Source: Eledone cirrhosa (taxonomy: Eukaryota). From it: DNA of 64,000 nt. The position numbers and the translations under genes are program-made. Below the pieces are notes generated by a model that worked only from the letters and a program-made list of their open reading frames with translations, ran no database searches and had not been told where the DNA came from. Location: the NCBI GenBank assembly GCA_964016885.1, contig OZ024762.1:26536001-26600000 (forward strand). The letters run 5' to 3'. Shown in pieces: positions 53,201-64,000 of this stretch (position 1 is the stretch's first letter; the number at the start of each line of letters is the position of its first letter).

Positions 53201-54365
53201 CAAACCAAACCATCGAACCATTAAACTAAACCAACAACCATCCAACCAACCAAACCACCAACCATCAAACCAAACCACCAACCATTAAACTAAACCACCA
53301 ACCATCCAACCAACCAAACCACCAACCATCAAACCAAACCACCAACCATTAAACTAAACCACCAACCATACAACCAACCAAACCACCAACCAACCAACCA
53401 AACCACCAACCATCAAACTAAACCACCAACCATCCAACCAACCAAACCACCAACCATCAAACTAAACCACCAACCATCAAACCAAACCACAACCATCAAA
53501 CCAAACCACCAGCCATCAAACTAAACCACCAACCACCCAACCAACCAAACCATCAACCATCAAACCAAACCACCAACCATTAAACTAAACCACCAACCAT
53601 CCAACCAACCAAACCACCAACCATCAAACTAAACCACCAACCATCAAACCAAACCACAACCATCAAACCAAACCACCAGCCATCAAACTAAACCACCAAC
53701 CACCCAACCAACCAAACCATCAACCATCAAACCAAACCACCAACCATTAAACTAAACCACCAACCACCCAACCAACCAAACCACCAACCATCAAACCAAA
53801 CCACCAACCATCCAACCAACCAAACCACCAACCATCAAACCAAACCACCAACCATCAAACTAAACCACCAACCACCCAACCAACCAAACCACCAACCATC
53901 AAACCAAACCACCAACCATCCAACCAACCAAACCACCAACCATCAAACTAAACCACCAATCATCCAACCAACCAAACCACCAACCATCAAACTAAACCAC
54001 CAACCATCAAACCAAACCACCAACCATTAAACTAAACCACCAACCATCTAACCAACCAAACCACCAACCATCAAACTAAATACCAACCATCCAACCAACC
54101 AAACCACCAACCATCAAACCAAACCACCAACCATTAAACTAAACCACCAACCATCCAACCAAACAAACCACCAACCATCAAACCAAACCACCAACCATTA
54201 AACTAAACCACCAACCATCCAACCAGCCAAACCACCAACCATCAAACCAAACCACCAACCATTAAACTAAACCACCAACCATCCAACCAACCAAACCACC
54301 AACCATACAACCAACCATCCAACCAACAAAACCACCAACCATACAACCAACCAAACCACCAACCA
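50215..54365. repeat. (CAT)n grading into (CCAA/CCAT)n, then a 20/24-bp minisatellite
   Basis: From ~52540 units such as aaaccaccaaccatcaaact and aaaccaccaaccatccaaccaacc alternate. Confidence 0.92.
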
Positions 54366-54499
54366 TTGTTTGACAGTTTGTTGATACCCACCATTGTTGA
54401 CAGACATCATTGAGACAACTTTCAGATCTATTTCTATTTTTTTGCCACCAAAAAATGAGGTCAAATAACTTGATAACCTCCCCTTGTTATCAATGATGT

Positions 54500-54507
54500 G
54501 GATGTTG

Positions 54508-54539
<32 letters not shown>

Positions 54540-55750
54540 GTGTGTGTGTGTATATGTGGAGGTGTGTTTGTGTGTGGAGGTGTATGTATTGGTGTATATG
54601 TGTGTGTGTGTCCATGTATGTATGTGTCTGTGTGTATGTATGTGTCTATGTATGTATGAGTTTATGTATGTATGTATGTATGTGTGTGTGTGTGTATGTA
54701 TGTGTGTATGTGTGTATGTGTGTATGTGTGTATGTGTCTATGTATGTATGAGTTTATGTATGTATGTGTCTATGTATATATGAGTCTATGTATGTTTGTG
54801 TCTATGTATGTATGTCTCTATGTATGTTTGTGTCTATGTATGTATGTCTCTATGTATGTGTGTGTCTATGTATGTGTGTGTGTATGTATGTATGTGTGTA
54901 TGTATGTATGTGTGTATGTATGTGTCTATGTATGTATGAGTCTATGTATGTTTGTGCCTATGTATGTATGTCTCTATGTATGTGTGTGTCTATGTATGTG
55001 TGTGTGTATGTATGTATGGGTCTATGTATGTATGTGTATGTATATATATATATATATATATAAATGTATGAATGATATTGCTTTTTATGTGTGTCAACGT
55101 GTGTGTATGTGTATGAGTGTTTGTATGAGTGTGTGTGTATATGTGTGAGTGTGTGTATTTGTGTATATGTTGCTACATATTTTCTATGTATGTATATACT
55201 TGTAAACATACATTTGCTTTTGTGTATGTGTGTGTGTATATATACATATATATATTGTATGTGTATGGTCAATATATTCGTGTGTGTCAGTGTATGTGTG
55301 TCAGTATGTGCACTGGTCATTGTGTATATGTGTGTATATGTGTGAATGTATGTATATATTGTGTGAGAGTATGGGCCAGTATAGCTACGTGTATGTATAT
55401 ATATATATACCTTTGTATGTGCATTGGTCACTGTGTGTATATATGTGTCTGTGTCTATGTGTGTGTGAATGCTTGTACATACTGTGTGAGTGTAATGGCC
55501 AGTATGCCTGTGTGTGTATATATCTCTTCGTATGAGTGTCAGTGTGTGTGTGTGTTTGTAATTCTGTGTGTGGTTTTGTATGTGCGTGTGCGTGTGTGGT
55601 TCTGTCTGGGTGTGGGTGTGTGGTTCTGTGTGTGTGTGTGTGTATGTGGTTATGTTTGTGTGTAGTTCTATGTGTTTGTGTGTGTATGTGGTTATGTGTG
55701 TATGTAATTATGTGTGTGTGTGTATGTGGTTATATGTGTGTGGTTGTGTG
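54500..55750. repeat. (GT)/(GTAT) low-complexity tract
   Basis: Directly visible. Confidence 0.92.
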
Positions 55751-55990
55751 TGCCCTTCATTTATCTCCCTTTCCGTTATCTCCCCCGCCCTTCTTTTATC
55801 TCATTTTCTTTAATATCCTCCTCAGTGTTATCTCCCCTTTCGTATTATCCCTATCCCCGCCTACACCCCCTTCCCTTGCCCTCATTATCTTTCCCTCATT
55901 CACCTCAGTGTTTTTTTTTTCTTTTTTTCTATTTCATCTGATTGTAATCAACAACACCAACACCTTCATCGCCATTACTATCATCATCAC

Positions 55991-56065
<75 letters not shown>

Positions 56066-56103
56066 TATAATCATCATTTAAATCATCATCATCATTATAA
56101 TCA

Positions 56104-56288
56104 TTGGCAGTATCGATAGAGGGTCAGACGCCATGCTGCCCAACATGGAGTTACGTACCTTTACGTTCTGAATTCAAATCCCGTTGCGGTTAACTTTGCC
56201 TTTCATCCTTACGGGAGTCGATAAAATAAAGTACCAGTAATACACTGACATAATTGGTGGCTTTGTGACAAAAGTAGAAACAATTATC
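56104..56288 (+). mobile_element. tRNA-derived SINE, near full length, within (CAT)n
   Basis: ttggcagtatcgatagag...gaattcaaatcccg...aaagtaccagt...aaagtagaaacaatt. Confidence 0.85.
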
Positions 56289-56368
56289 ATTCTAATCATC
56301 ATCAGCATCATCACCAACAACAACAATACTTGCTACTTTCTCTCAGCATCTTATTTCATTTATTCGTT

Positions 56369-56434
<66 letters not shown>

Positions 56435-56520
56435 GTTGTTGTTATTCCTTGAATCTCAGTCATTGATGTTGGTTAACTGGAAAGTCCGTTGGATTGAATA
56501 TCAAGCCACTACCTGCAGCC

Positions 56521-59500
56521 TCAGATATTCAGGACGTATCGGAGGGTTCTTGCCGTTCCAAGCAAGCATGCCTTTTGAAGCGTTCCAAAAAGCGTGAAGG
56601 GGCCGATTTTCTTTAACCATCCCTGGAAACCTTTGGAGATAGTCCCCAGTGCGCCTATGACAATCGGGATCACTTTGACTTCATGGCAGTTCCAAATCCT
56701 TTTCACCTCCCACTTTAGGTCCTGGTATCGGTTAATTTTCTCCCTCTCCTTCTCTTGCACTCTCGTGTCGAACGGGCAGGCCACATCCACAATCAGGCAC
56801 GATCTTTTTTCTTTGTCCACAACCACCAGGTCAGGTCTATTGTGTTCCAGTTTTTTGTCCGTCTGTATCCTAAAATCCCACAGCACCTTCACCTGATTGT
56901 TCTCCATCACCGCCTCTGGCCTATGCTCATACCATTTCTCAGAATGTGGTAGATTGTTTACTTTGCACAGGTGCCAGTGGATCACCCTGCCCATCACATC
57001 GTGTCTCCGGCCCTTATAGTGGGTCTGGGCTAGGTGTTTACACTCGGACACAATGTGAGCTACAGTCTCCTCTCTCTCTCCACAGATCCTGCACAGTGGG
57101 CTAGCCTCCTCCTTGTAGATATGGTGCTTCAACCACTTCGTTTTGAGGGCCTGCTCCTGCGCAGCCATTAGCATTCCTTCTGTAGCCTTTTTGAGGTCTC
57201 CTCTTCTCAACCAGTTCCATGTCTGTGGATCTCTAAATTCAGTTTTCTCAAAGAAGGTACTATGAAGGGATTTTCCCTTAAGGCTGCTCTTCCTCCTTGA
57301 TGTTATTTCCTCCTTGGGTATCCCCTGGCCTACTGTCCCCTCCTTCAGTACAGCTCTGAGCATTGGCTCCTTACTATAGGTCACGTATTTGTATAGGTTG
57401 TTTTTCTCCATCTGAACACAGTCCTCTATGCTGATAAGACCTCTTCCACCCTCAGATCTCCTTAGGTAGAGTCTATCGACATCACTCCTCTTGTGGAACA
57501 TGTTGTAGATAGTCAATAGCTTCCTAGTCTTCCTATCCATTTCTTTTTGTTCAGCAACATTCCATCTCAGAATTCCCGCACTGTACCTAATAATAGACAC
57601 AGCTCGGGAATTTACTGCGCTTATGGCATTTCTGCTGTTCAGATGTGACTTCAATACGCTCCTTACTCTCCGAATGTATTCAGTTCTTAACAATTCCTTC
57701 ATTTTTTTGTTCTTTATGCCATCAGCCTCCAGAACGCCCAAATACTTGTATCCTTCCTCAGAGTCAATTTCCTTTATCATCTCACCTGTTGGTATCTGGA
57801 TCCCGTTACTTCTGCTCAACCTACCCCTCCTCATCACAATGACTCCACATTTACCAATACCAAACTGCATACATATATCACTGCTGAAAATACGGACAGT
57901 GTCAACAAGCACATCCAACTCCTTCTCACTTTTCCCGAAGAGCTTAAGGTCGTCCATGAAGAGGAGGTGATTGATGGTAAGCTCTCCCCTTCCCAACTTG
58001 TATCCTGCTCTCACTTTTCGCAGCATAATGGTCAAGGGCATCAGGGCAAGGACAAACAACAGAGGGGACAGGCTATCTCCCTGGAAGATACCTCTCTTGA
58101 TCTTCACGCTTCCCAAGGATACTCCAGTTGATGTCAACTCTGTCTCCCAGGACCCCATACTCCTGCCCAGCAACTGTCTGATGTTATCTGCCACCCTGAA
58201 GATCTCCAGGCTTTTGGTGATCCAGGAATGAGGCACCATGTCAAATGCCTTTCTGTAGTCTATCCATCCCATGGCAAGATCAGTGTGTCTCCTCCTGCAA
58301 TTCCCCATTACCATCTTATCAATAAGCAACTGGTCCTTTGTACCACGTGACTTCTTTCGGCATCCTTTCTGTTCGTCCGGCAACAAGTTGTTTGTGTGGA
58401 GGTGATGGTAGATTTCCTCAGACACAATGCTCGTCAACAGTTTCCACATTACGGGCAGACATGTGATAGGTCTATAGTTGGTGACATCATTACCCTTGAT
58501 TTGGTCTTTCATTATCAGAACTGTGGTACCTTTTGTCAACCACTCTGGCACCTCACCCGACACCAAGCAGTCATTGAACATGGCCGTCAGCTTCGGGTGG
58601 AGGGATGTTAAATGTTTAATCCAATACCCCTGCACACCATCTGGGCCTGGTGATTTCCAGTTGGTTAGTTTTTTGGCTTGCCCCTTAAGAGTTTCAACTG
58701 TGATACTCAAATCAGTCTGTTGCTGTGCCTGCTCACCGATCTCCCTCTGTACTGTCTCAATCCACCCTGCCTGGGCATTGTGTCTAACATCCTGCTCCCA
58801 TATTCCTCTCCAGAATGTTTTAGCTTGTTCCGCCCCAGGGATCAAGTCGGTGCCTCTTTCTTTCCCCTCAAGCTGTCCAAACAGCATCTTCTGGTTGTTG
58901 TCGAACATGCGGTTCTGTTTATACTGACTGACTCTGTTCTCGTATCGCCTGATTTTGGCACTCTTTGCTACAATGCGTTGCTTCAATTCCTCTATGATAA
59001 TATTTAGCTTTTTACTCCTAGTTTTGTATTTTATTTCCAGTCTATTTTTAGTGCCTATGTTTTTTAGTGTCCCATTCAGTAGTGACTCAAGCTTTCCTAT
59101 GTCATTTCTCATTTCCCCGATTTGCCCACTCAGTCGCTTCTTCCACCACGGCTCTGCTCTTTCTTGTCTGTTGTTTCCTCTCGCTTTTATACCAAGTAGT
59201 TTCCTCACCGTATTTGCTGTTGCTTTGAGGATATTGTTGCACTGGTGAAGACTCCTCGCCTCAAGGTATGGGATGACTTTGTTTACCTTAGCTGTTGTTT
59301 CTTTTAACTTTTTCCTGTCTACAAATCTTAGGTTCATAGGTCTCCCACTATCATTGTTCAACTCATCTACCACTAAATTTAGGATGTCAACCGAATCTTG
59401 TCCTAGCCCGTCAGCATTCATCTCCTCAGTGGCCGTATCTCTGTTCCAGGTATTATTTATCTCAGTATTCAGATCATTGTCTGCTTCGGGTGGTTCCTTC

Positions 59501-59913
59501 GCTCTCAGGACCTCCTCACCTTCATTTCCCGCCGGCTCGCTTGTCTGGCATACTACACCCGCCATCTCCAAGCCATTCTCTCTGCTCAGTTCCTCCAGTT
59601 CCAGCTCGCTTATCCACCCATTAGTTCTTATTACCCGAGCCTGCCCGGCCAATTTTTGTTCATCTAATTTAAATAAACCAATCTCGTTCCAGATGTTATG
59701 CATCCGTCTCCTGTAGCCCCTCTCCTTGGGGTTACTTTTCAGGTAGCATTGCATAACAGTTCTATTCAATTCTTTCGTCCAGTTGGTTCTGGCCCCTTTC
59801 CTTCTTCTTCTTCCTCCAACATCAGCAGTATTTCGTTGACAGTCAGGTTCCTGCTGCTGAGCCAGGGGGCACCTGTTGGGTGAGAGTCTGTCACATGACG
59901 TTCTAGTCTCCAT
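56521..59913 (-). CDS. Dong/R4-type non-LTR retrotransposon ORF (RT + CCHC + restriction-like endonuclease), 1130 aa, uninterrupted
   Basis: KSPGPDG, NYRPITCL, WIDYRKAFDMVPH, GIFQGDSLSPLLF, LFMDDLKL, YKYLG, CRICGEREETVAHIVSEC, RHD, RPDLVV..DVACP..EKINRY, PIVIGALG; 3' UTR 56445-56520 ends in (CAA)(TAA)n. Confidence 0.95.
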   Translation of the reverse strand: METRTSCDRLSPNRCPLAQQQEPDCQRNTADVGGRRRRKGARTNWTKELNRTVMQCYLKSNPKERGYRRRMHNIWNEIGLFKLDEQKLAGQARVIRTNGWISELELEELSRENGLEMAGVVCQTSEPAGNEGEEVLRAKEPPEADNDLNTEINNTWNRDTATEEMNADGLGQDSVDILNLVVDELNNDSGRPMNLRFVDRKKLKETTAKVNKVIPYLEARSLHQCNNILKATANTVRKLLGIKARGNNRQERAEPWWKKRLSGQIGEMRNDIGKLESLLNGTLKNIGTKNRLEIKYKTRSKKLNIIIEELKQRIVAKSAKIRRYENRVSQYKQNRMFDNNQKMLFGQLEGKERGTDLIPGAEQAKTFWRGIWEQDVRHNAQAGWIETVQREIGEQAQQQTDLSITVETLKGQAKKLTNWKSPGPDGVQGYWIKHLTSLHPKLTAMFNDCLVSGEVPEWLTKGTTVLIMKDQIKGNDVTNYRPITCLPVMWKLLTSIVSEEIYHHLHTNNLLPDEQKGCRKKSRGTKDQLLIDKMVMGNCRRRHTDLAMGWIDYRKAFDMVPHSWITKSLEIFRVADNIRQLLGRSMGSWETELTSTGVSLGSVKIKRGIFQGDSLSPLLFVLALMPLTIMLRKVRAGYKLGRGELTINHLLFMDDLKLFGKSEKELDVLVDTVRIFSSDICMQFGIGKCGVIVMRRGRLSRSNGIQIPTGEMIKEIDSEEGYKYLGVLEADGIKNKKMKELLRTEYIRRVRSVLKSHLNSRNAISAVNSRAVSIIRYSAGILRWNVAEQKEMDRKTRKLLTIYNMFHKRSDVDRLYLRRSEGGRGLISIEDCVQMEKNNLYKYVTYSKEPMLRAVLKEGTVGQGIPKEEITSRRKSSLKGKSLHSTFFEKTEFRDPQTWNWLRRGDLKKATEGMLMAAQEQALKTKWLKHHIYKEEASPLCRICGEREETVAHIVSECKHLAQTHYKGRRHDVMGRVIHWHLCKVNNLPHSEKWYEHRPEAVMENNQVKVLWDFRIQTDKKLEHNRPDLVVVDKEKRSCLIVDVACPFDTRVQEKEREKINRYQDLKWEVKRIWNCHEVKVIPIVIGALGTISKGFQGWLKKIGPFTLFGTLQKACLLGTARTLRYVLNI

Positions 59914-60482
59914 TTCACCGTTATTCGAACTGTTTATGTTCGATATTTAAACACTCTTATCGAGGATTGGCGAATGTATGTTTACATAGCCATCTGTGGA
60001 TCCGCCATCCCACTTGGCCCTTGTGTGGCATTATCACCACGCTGTATACGGACACACATAAACAAACAAACACACGGGCAGAAAGGGCCCCAAAAATGAA
60101 TAAGCATAAGTTTCATTGTAATGTAGTATTCGAATGTCCGACTTAGTTTTTGTTTTTTAAGTTTTACTTTTCCCCCCCTCTTCTCTGTCCGTCCGCCTGC
60201 TTCTCTCTTCATTCTTATTTTCTTTACGTTTTTGGGGTTTCTTTTTTTGTTTTTGTTTTTCTCTGTTTTTCTCGTTTTTTACTGTTGTTGCTGTGCTGCT
60301 TTTGTTGTTTGTTTTTTCTTTTTTCTTTTGAGTCTATCTATATATTTTGATGCCTTCCTCTTTGTTAGTAGTAGGAATTCTATAATGTGGAAGTGGTAGC
60401 CAGCAGAGACTAGCGGCGTTGGCGATACTGAGACAGTGGTGGCGGTGATGTCGATACCGAGGCAGCGGTGGCGGTGATGCGA

Positions 60483-61151
60483 CCGTATTACTGTAGTGAT
60501 GGTGCTGTAGCGGTGGCAGCAGCAGTGAAGGAGTCAGGGGGTGGTGGCGGCGGTGATGGGACAGCGGTGGCAATGATGGCCGTAGTGAGCGGTGGCGGTG
60601 AAGGTGAAAATGCTGTTGTGTTTAGTGTACACAGATGATGGGGTGGGTGGTGTATCTAGTTTCTGGTGTTGGTGAGTTTCGCTGTCCTATATAGTGTAGC
60701 CAGAGGAGAGGAGGGGGGGGGGGGTTCTTCTTCTTCCATTTATAGCCATTTTATTTTATTTATTTTTTTTTTTTTTTTTTTTTTTGGATATACAGTGTAC
60801 AATACAAAGTTGAATATTTGAATATTTGAGCCGTATTACTGTAGTGATGGTGCTGTAGCGGTGGCAGCAGCAGTGAAGGAGTCAGGGGGTGGTGGCGGCG
60901 GTGATGGGACAGCGGTGGCAATGATGGCCGTAGTGAGCGGTGGCGGTGAAGGTGAAAATGCTGTTGTGTTTAGTGTACACAGATGATGGGGTGGGCGGTG
61001 TATCTAGTTTCTGGTGTTGGTGAGTTTAGCTGTCCTATATAGTGTAGCCAGAGGAGAGGAGGGGGGGGGGGGTTCTTCTTCTTCCATTTATAGCCATTTT
61101 TTTTTTGGATATACAGTGTACAATACAAAGTTGAACATTTGAATATTTGAG
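60483..61151. repeat. Recent tandem duplication (60483-60830 and 60831-61151)
   Basis: Near-identical copies differing mainly in a T-rich tract. Confidence 0.92.
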
Positions 61152-61318
61152 CCTTATAACAATATATTTTGGGTCCGAATTTTTTGGGGCTCAAGCCGGG
61201 TGCTTTACGTAGCATTTGTACTAAGAGTTGTTATTTCACAAATGATTTAAATATGTTAAAAATTCAAAACTTACGGGAGCGATTTCATGACCTCCGTCAC
61301 CTCGTGCGTCTTCTTCCC

Positions 61319-61370
<52 letters not shown>

Positions 61371-61380
61371 GTTGTTGTTG

Positions 61381-61603
61381 TTATTCCTTGAATCTCAGTC
61401 ATTGATGTTGGTTAACTGGAAAGTCCGTTGGATTGAATATCAAGCCACTACCTGCAGCCTCAGATATTCAGGACGTATCGGAGGGTTCTTGCTGTTCCAA
61501 GCAAGCATGCCTTTTGAAGCGTTCCAAAAAGCGTGAAGGGGCCGATTTTCTTTAACCATCCCTGGAAACTTTTGGAGATAGTCCCCAGTGCGCCTATGAC
61601 AAT
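61381..61603 (-). mobile_element. 5'-truncated copy of the Dong/R4-type element
   Basis: Nearly identical to 56442-56664; (TTA)n on both sides. Confidence 0.93.
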
Positions 61604-61814
61604 TATTATTATTATTATTATTTGCATTTATCTTGCTTTATGTTTATACGAGTTATCACCAAGTCACAACCAGTGACCTCAAGAGACAACAAGGTCCGCC
61701 ATGTTCAAGAAAGAACATACATATTCACACATGCATCCTTAGTGTTTAGACTTGTGATGTACTTATATTGACAGGATCTTCCTTAGTATATGGGCAGTTC
61801 CCATTAGTACTATC

Positions 61815-61868
<54 letters not shown>

Positions 61869-62095
61869 GGTGTTGTTGGTGAAACCACGCTTCCTATCGC
61901 CTCCAGTCTTTTTCAACGTTTTACCTCTTTTTCAACCGTTCTAAACCTTTTATTCAAGTTTTAAATTTGATAAAAGTTTAGAAGAAGTGACCCACCTAAT
62001 ACAGGGGTTCACTAGTAAATAATACGGCACCCCTTTACGGGGTGTCGTATTCGTATTCGTATTTGTGTAAAAATGCTTTTTTGAAAAATTTCAAC

Positions 62096-63678
62096 ATGGA
62101 TAACACAAAAAAGAGAGAGAGCGCTGTCAGACAACACAGAGAGAGGGAGACTTTATCAGCATGTCAACAAGACAGCGTTCCAGCGGAGGTAAATATAAAC
62201 GAAAATATTACAAAGGAAAAAAAGATTGTTACAGATTTAAAATTAACAAATATTTCTAACACAAACAACACCAACAATAACACCAACAACATCACCAACA
62301 ACAACACCAAAAATAACAGCGGTAAAGTCGAGAACGACAATAACAAAAATAACAGTGGTAAGGTCGAGAACGACAATAACAATGACAATTACAACAGCCA
62401 CAACAACAATAATAGTAGGAACAGTATCAACAAAAACAACAATAATAACAATAGCCACAATAACAGTAACAGCAGCAACAGTATCAACGAAAACAACACC
62501 AACAACTGTACCAGCGAAAAGAACAACAATGACACCGATACCTGTAATAGCGACCTCAGCACCACCAGTAAGACCAGTAGCGGCAGCAATAGAGGTGCTG
62601 CTGAATAAGAGACCACTTCTTTTGCAGGTGTCGCCCGAAATATCGAGACAGTGTTAGTCACAGAGGAGGAGATGGCAGTCGCAAGATGGTGACAAGAAGC
62701 GCCCGATTTTTTCAAGGACCAGCAGCTACGAACGGTGACTTACCGCACCGTAAGCAAAATCTCACATCGAGTGGAGAGAGCCACGGAGGCTCAAATCCAA
62801 AAGGCCTTGGGGTGCGTCTGGGCTCGCAAAACCCACATCACCCGAGGCAGAAAGTACGCCACAGTAGACGTACTTTTTGCCACCCCCCAGGAAGCAAAGT
62901 CTCACTCTTTGGAAACCCTAAAGAGTGAGGAGTTAGTCTTGGTGCCCTCCTACTGCGGCAAGAAATTTGTGAGGGTCAAAGTGACCCAGGTCCCACCCGA
63001 CGTGCCCATACCTTGGCTGGCCGTGTCTGTCCTTGCTGGAATTGAGAACAGGGCGACCATGCTGCAAGTAGAAAAAATAGGGAGAGAGAACTGGTCAGGT
63101 ATAGGCATGCAAATGCTTATACAAACTGACCAGGAATGTATCGAGGCTATCCCCGATATCATAGACTTTGAGGAAGGACTCCAACTCCCTGTAAGTGTAG
63201 AAGGAAGACGACCAAAATGTTATCTCTGTGGGTCGAAAGGTCACCTCAGGGACTTTTGCCGCAGAAGACACCGAAGATGGCCCCTCTCCTTCCAATACCT
63301 GGTCCGCTGCTACCAAGAGCAGGACAGGCAACAAACGAAGAAGCCCCTTCCACGGTGAGTAGGAGGGCAACGTCCGTAGCACCGGTACCAAGGCCACGGA
63401 TAACTAAAGCAGCATCATCAGTAGCGGCAACACAAATAGCTACATTTGAAATGGCTACACCAGCAACAAAATTGCCGAAGAGGGCTCCACTACCACCACC
63501 AACAGCCGTGGAGCACTTACCCCTCCCAGACCCCACAGAAACCGACATGGAGTTTGAGGCGGGAGTGACGTGGCAAACAGTCTGCCACAAAAAACAAAAA
63601 ACAAAAAAACAAAAAAACAAAAAACAAAAAACAAAAAACAAAAAACAAAAAAACCTTAGATTCACCCTCCAAAAGTGA
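62096..63678 (+). pseudogene. Disrupted gag-like ORF1 of a non-LTR retrotransposon (clade uncertain)
   Basis: ORFs 62042 and 62735 share a frame across two stops; VSVEGRRPKCYLCGSKGHLRDFC is a CCHC knuckle; frameshift into a Pro/Ala-rich tail ending WQTV+basic; Asn-rich N-terminus; begins after (TAT)n. Confidence 0.7.
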
Positions 63679-64000
63679 AGGCATACAAAGAGGGGTAAAG
63701 GCAGCAAGGAAACTTGCAGCAACACCACCAAAAACACCAACAACGCAAACACAACAAGACACTCACACCAAACAGCAACAAGAAGAAAACGGCAACAAAA
63801 TCACCCTCCCCCCAAAAAGTACACAGCCATAAACATAGCAAAAAAAGAACTCATAAAATATATAAAGCAGCACACAGACATCACGGAAAAAAATGACTAC
63901 ACCCCACCAACACCAAGAACTCTCTCGACAAACATAAGCATCATCGAAATCTCATTAGAACAATACAAACCTTTAAAACAAAAATTCCCCAACGCAGTTG

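Noticed and set aside
56594-59883. Plus-strand ORFs overlapping the retrotransposon
   Set aside because: Antisense shadows of the long RT ORF
59960-60100. HDV-like ribozyme at the 5' end of the R4-type element (GGCGAATG word)
   Set aside because: The word is on the strand opposite the element and I could not build the nested pseudoknot by eye

Overview
This is eukaryotic, AT-rich DNA saturated with microsatellites, and I recognise no host gene in it. The recurring tRNA-derived SINE resembles the abundant octopod cephalopod SINEs (recognised from memory, not searched). Nearly all ORF-track entries are artefacts of (TA)n/(CA)n/trinucleotide repeats. The real content is: three decayed Penelope-like elements (PLE; RT + GIY-YIG); an apparently intact Dong/R4-type RLE non-LTR retrotransposon plus a truncated copy; RTE, CRE-like and gag-like ORF1 fragments; SINEs; MITEs; a ~14.9 kb satellite with a 52-bp unit; and a 66-bp minisatellite with an open reading frame. 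The main hidden signal is a dense set of minimal type I hammerhead ribozymes (HHR): about 12 motifs from at least five unrelated families, folded by eye. They include two tandem retrozyme-like arrays, a PLE pseudo-LTR ribozyme and a four-copy family with a conserved core and variable stem II. Two unrelated families carry an ATGCAAAT octamer about 75-85 nt upstream of the ribozyme. Many fold-back palindrome+tail elements sit in (TA)n, and the 52-bp satellite monomer has a degenerate hammerhead-like order of motifs.
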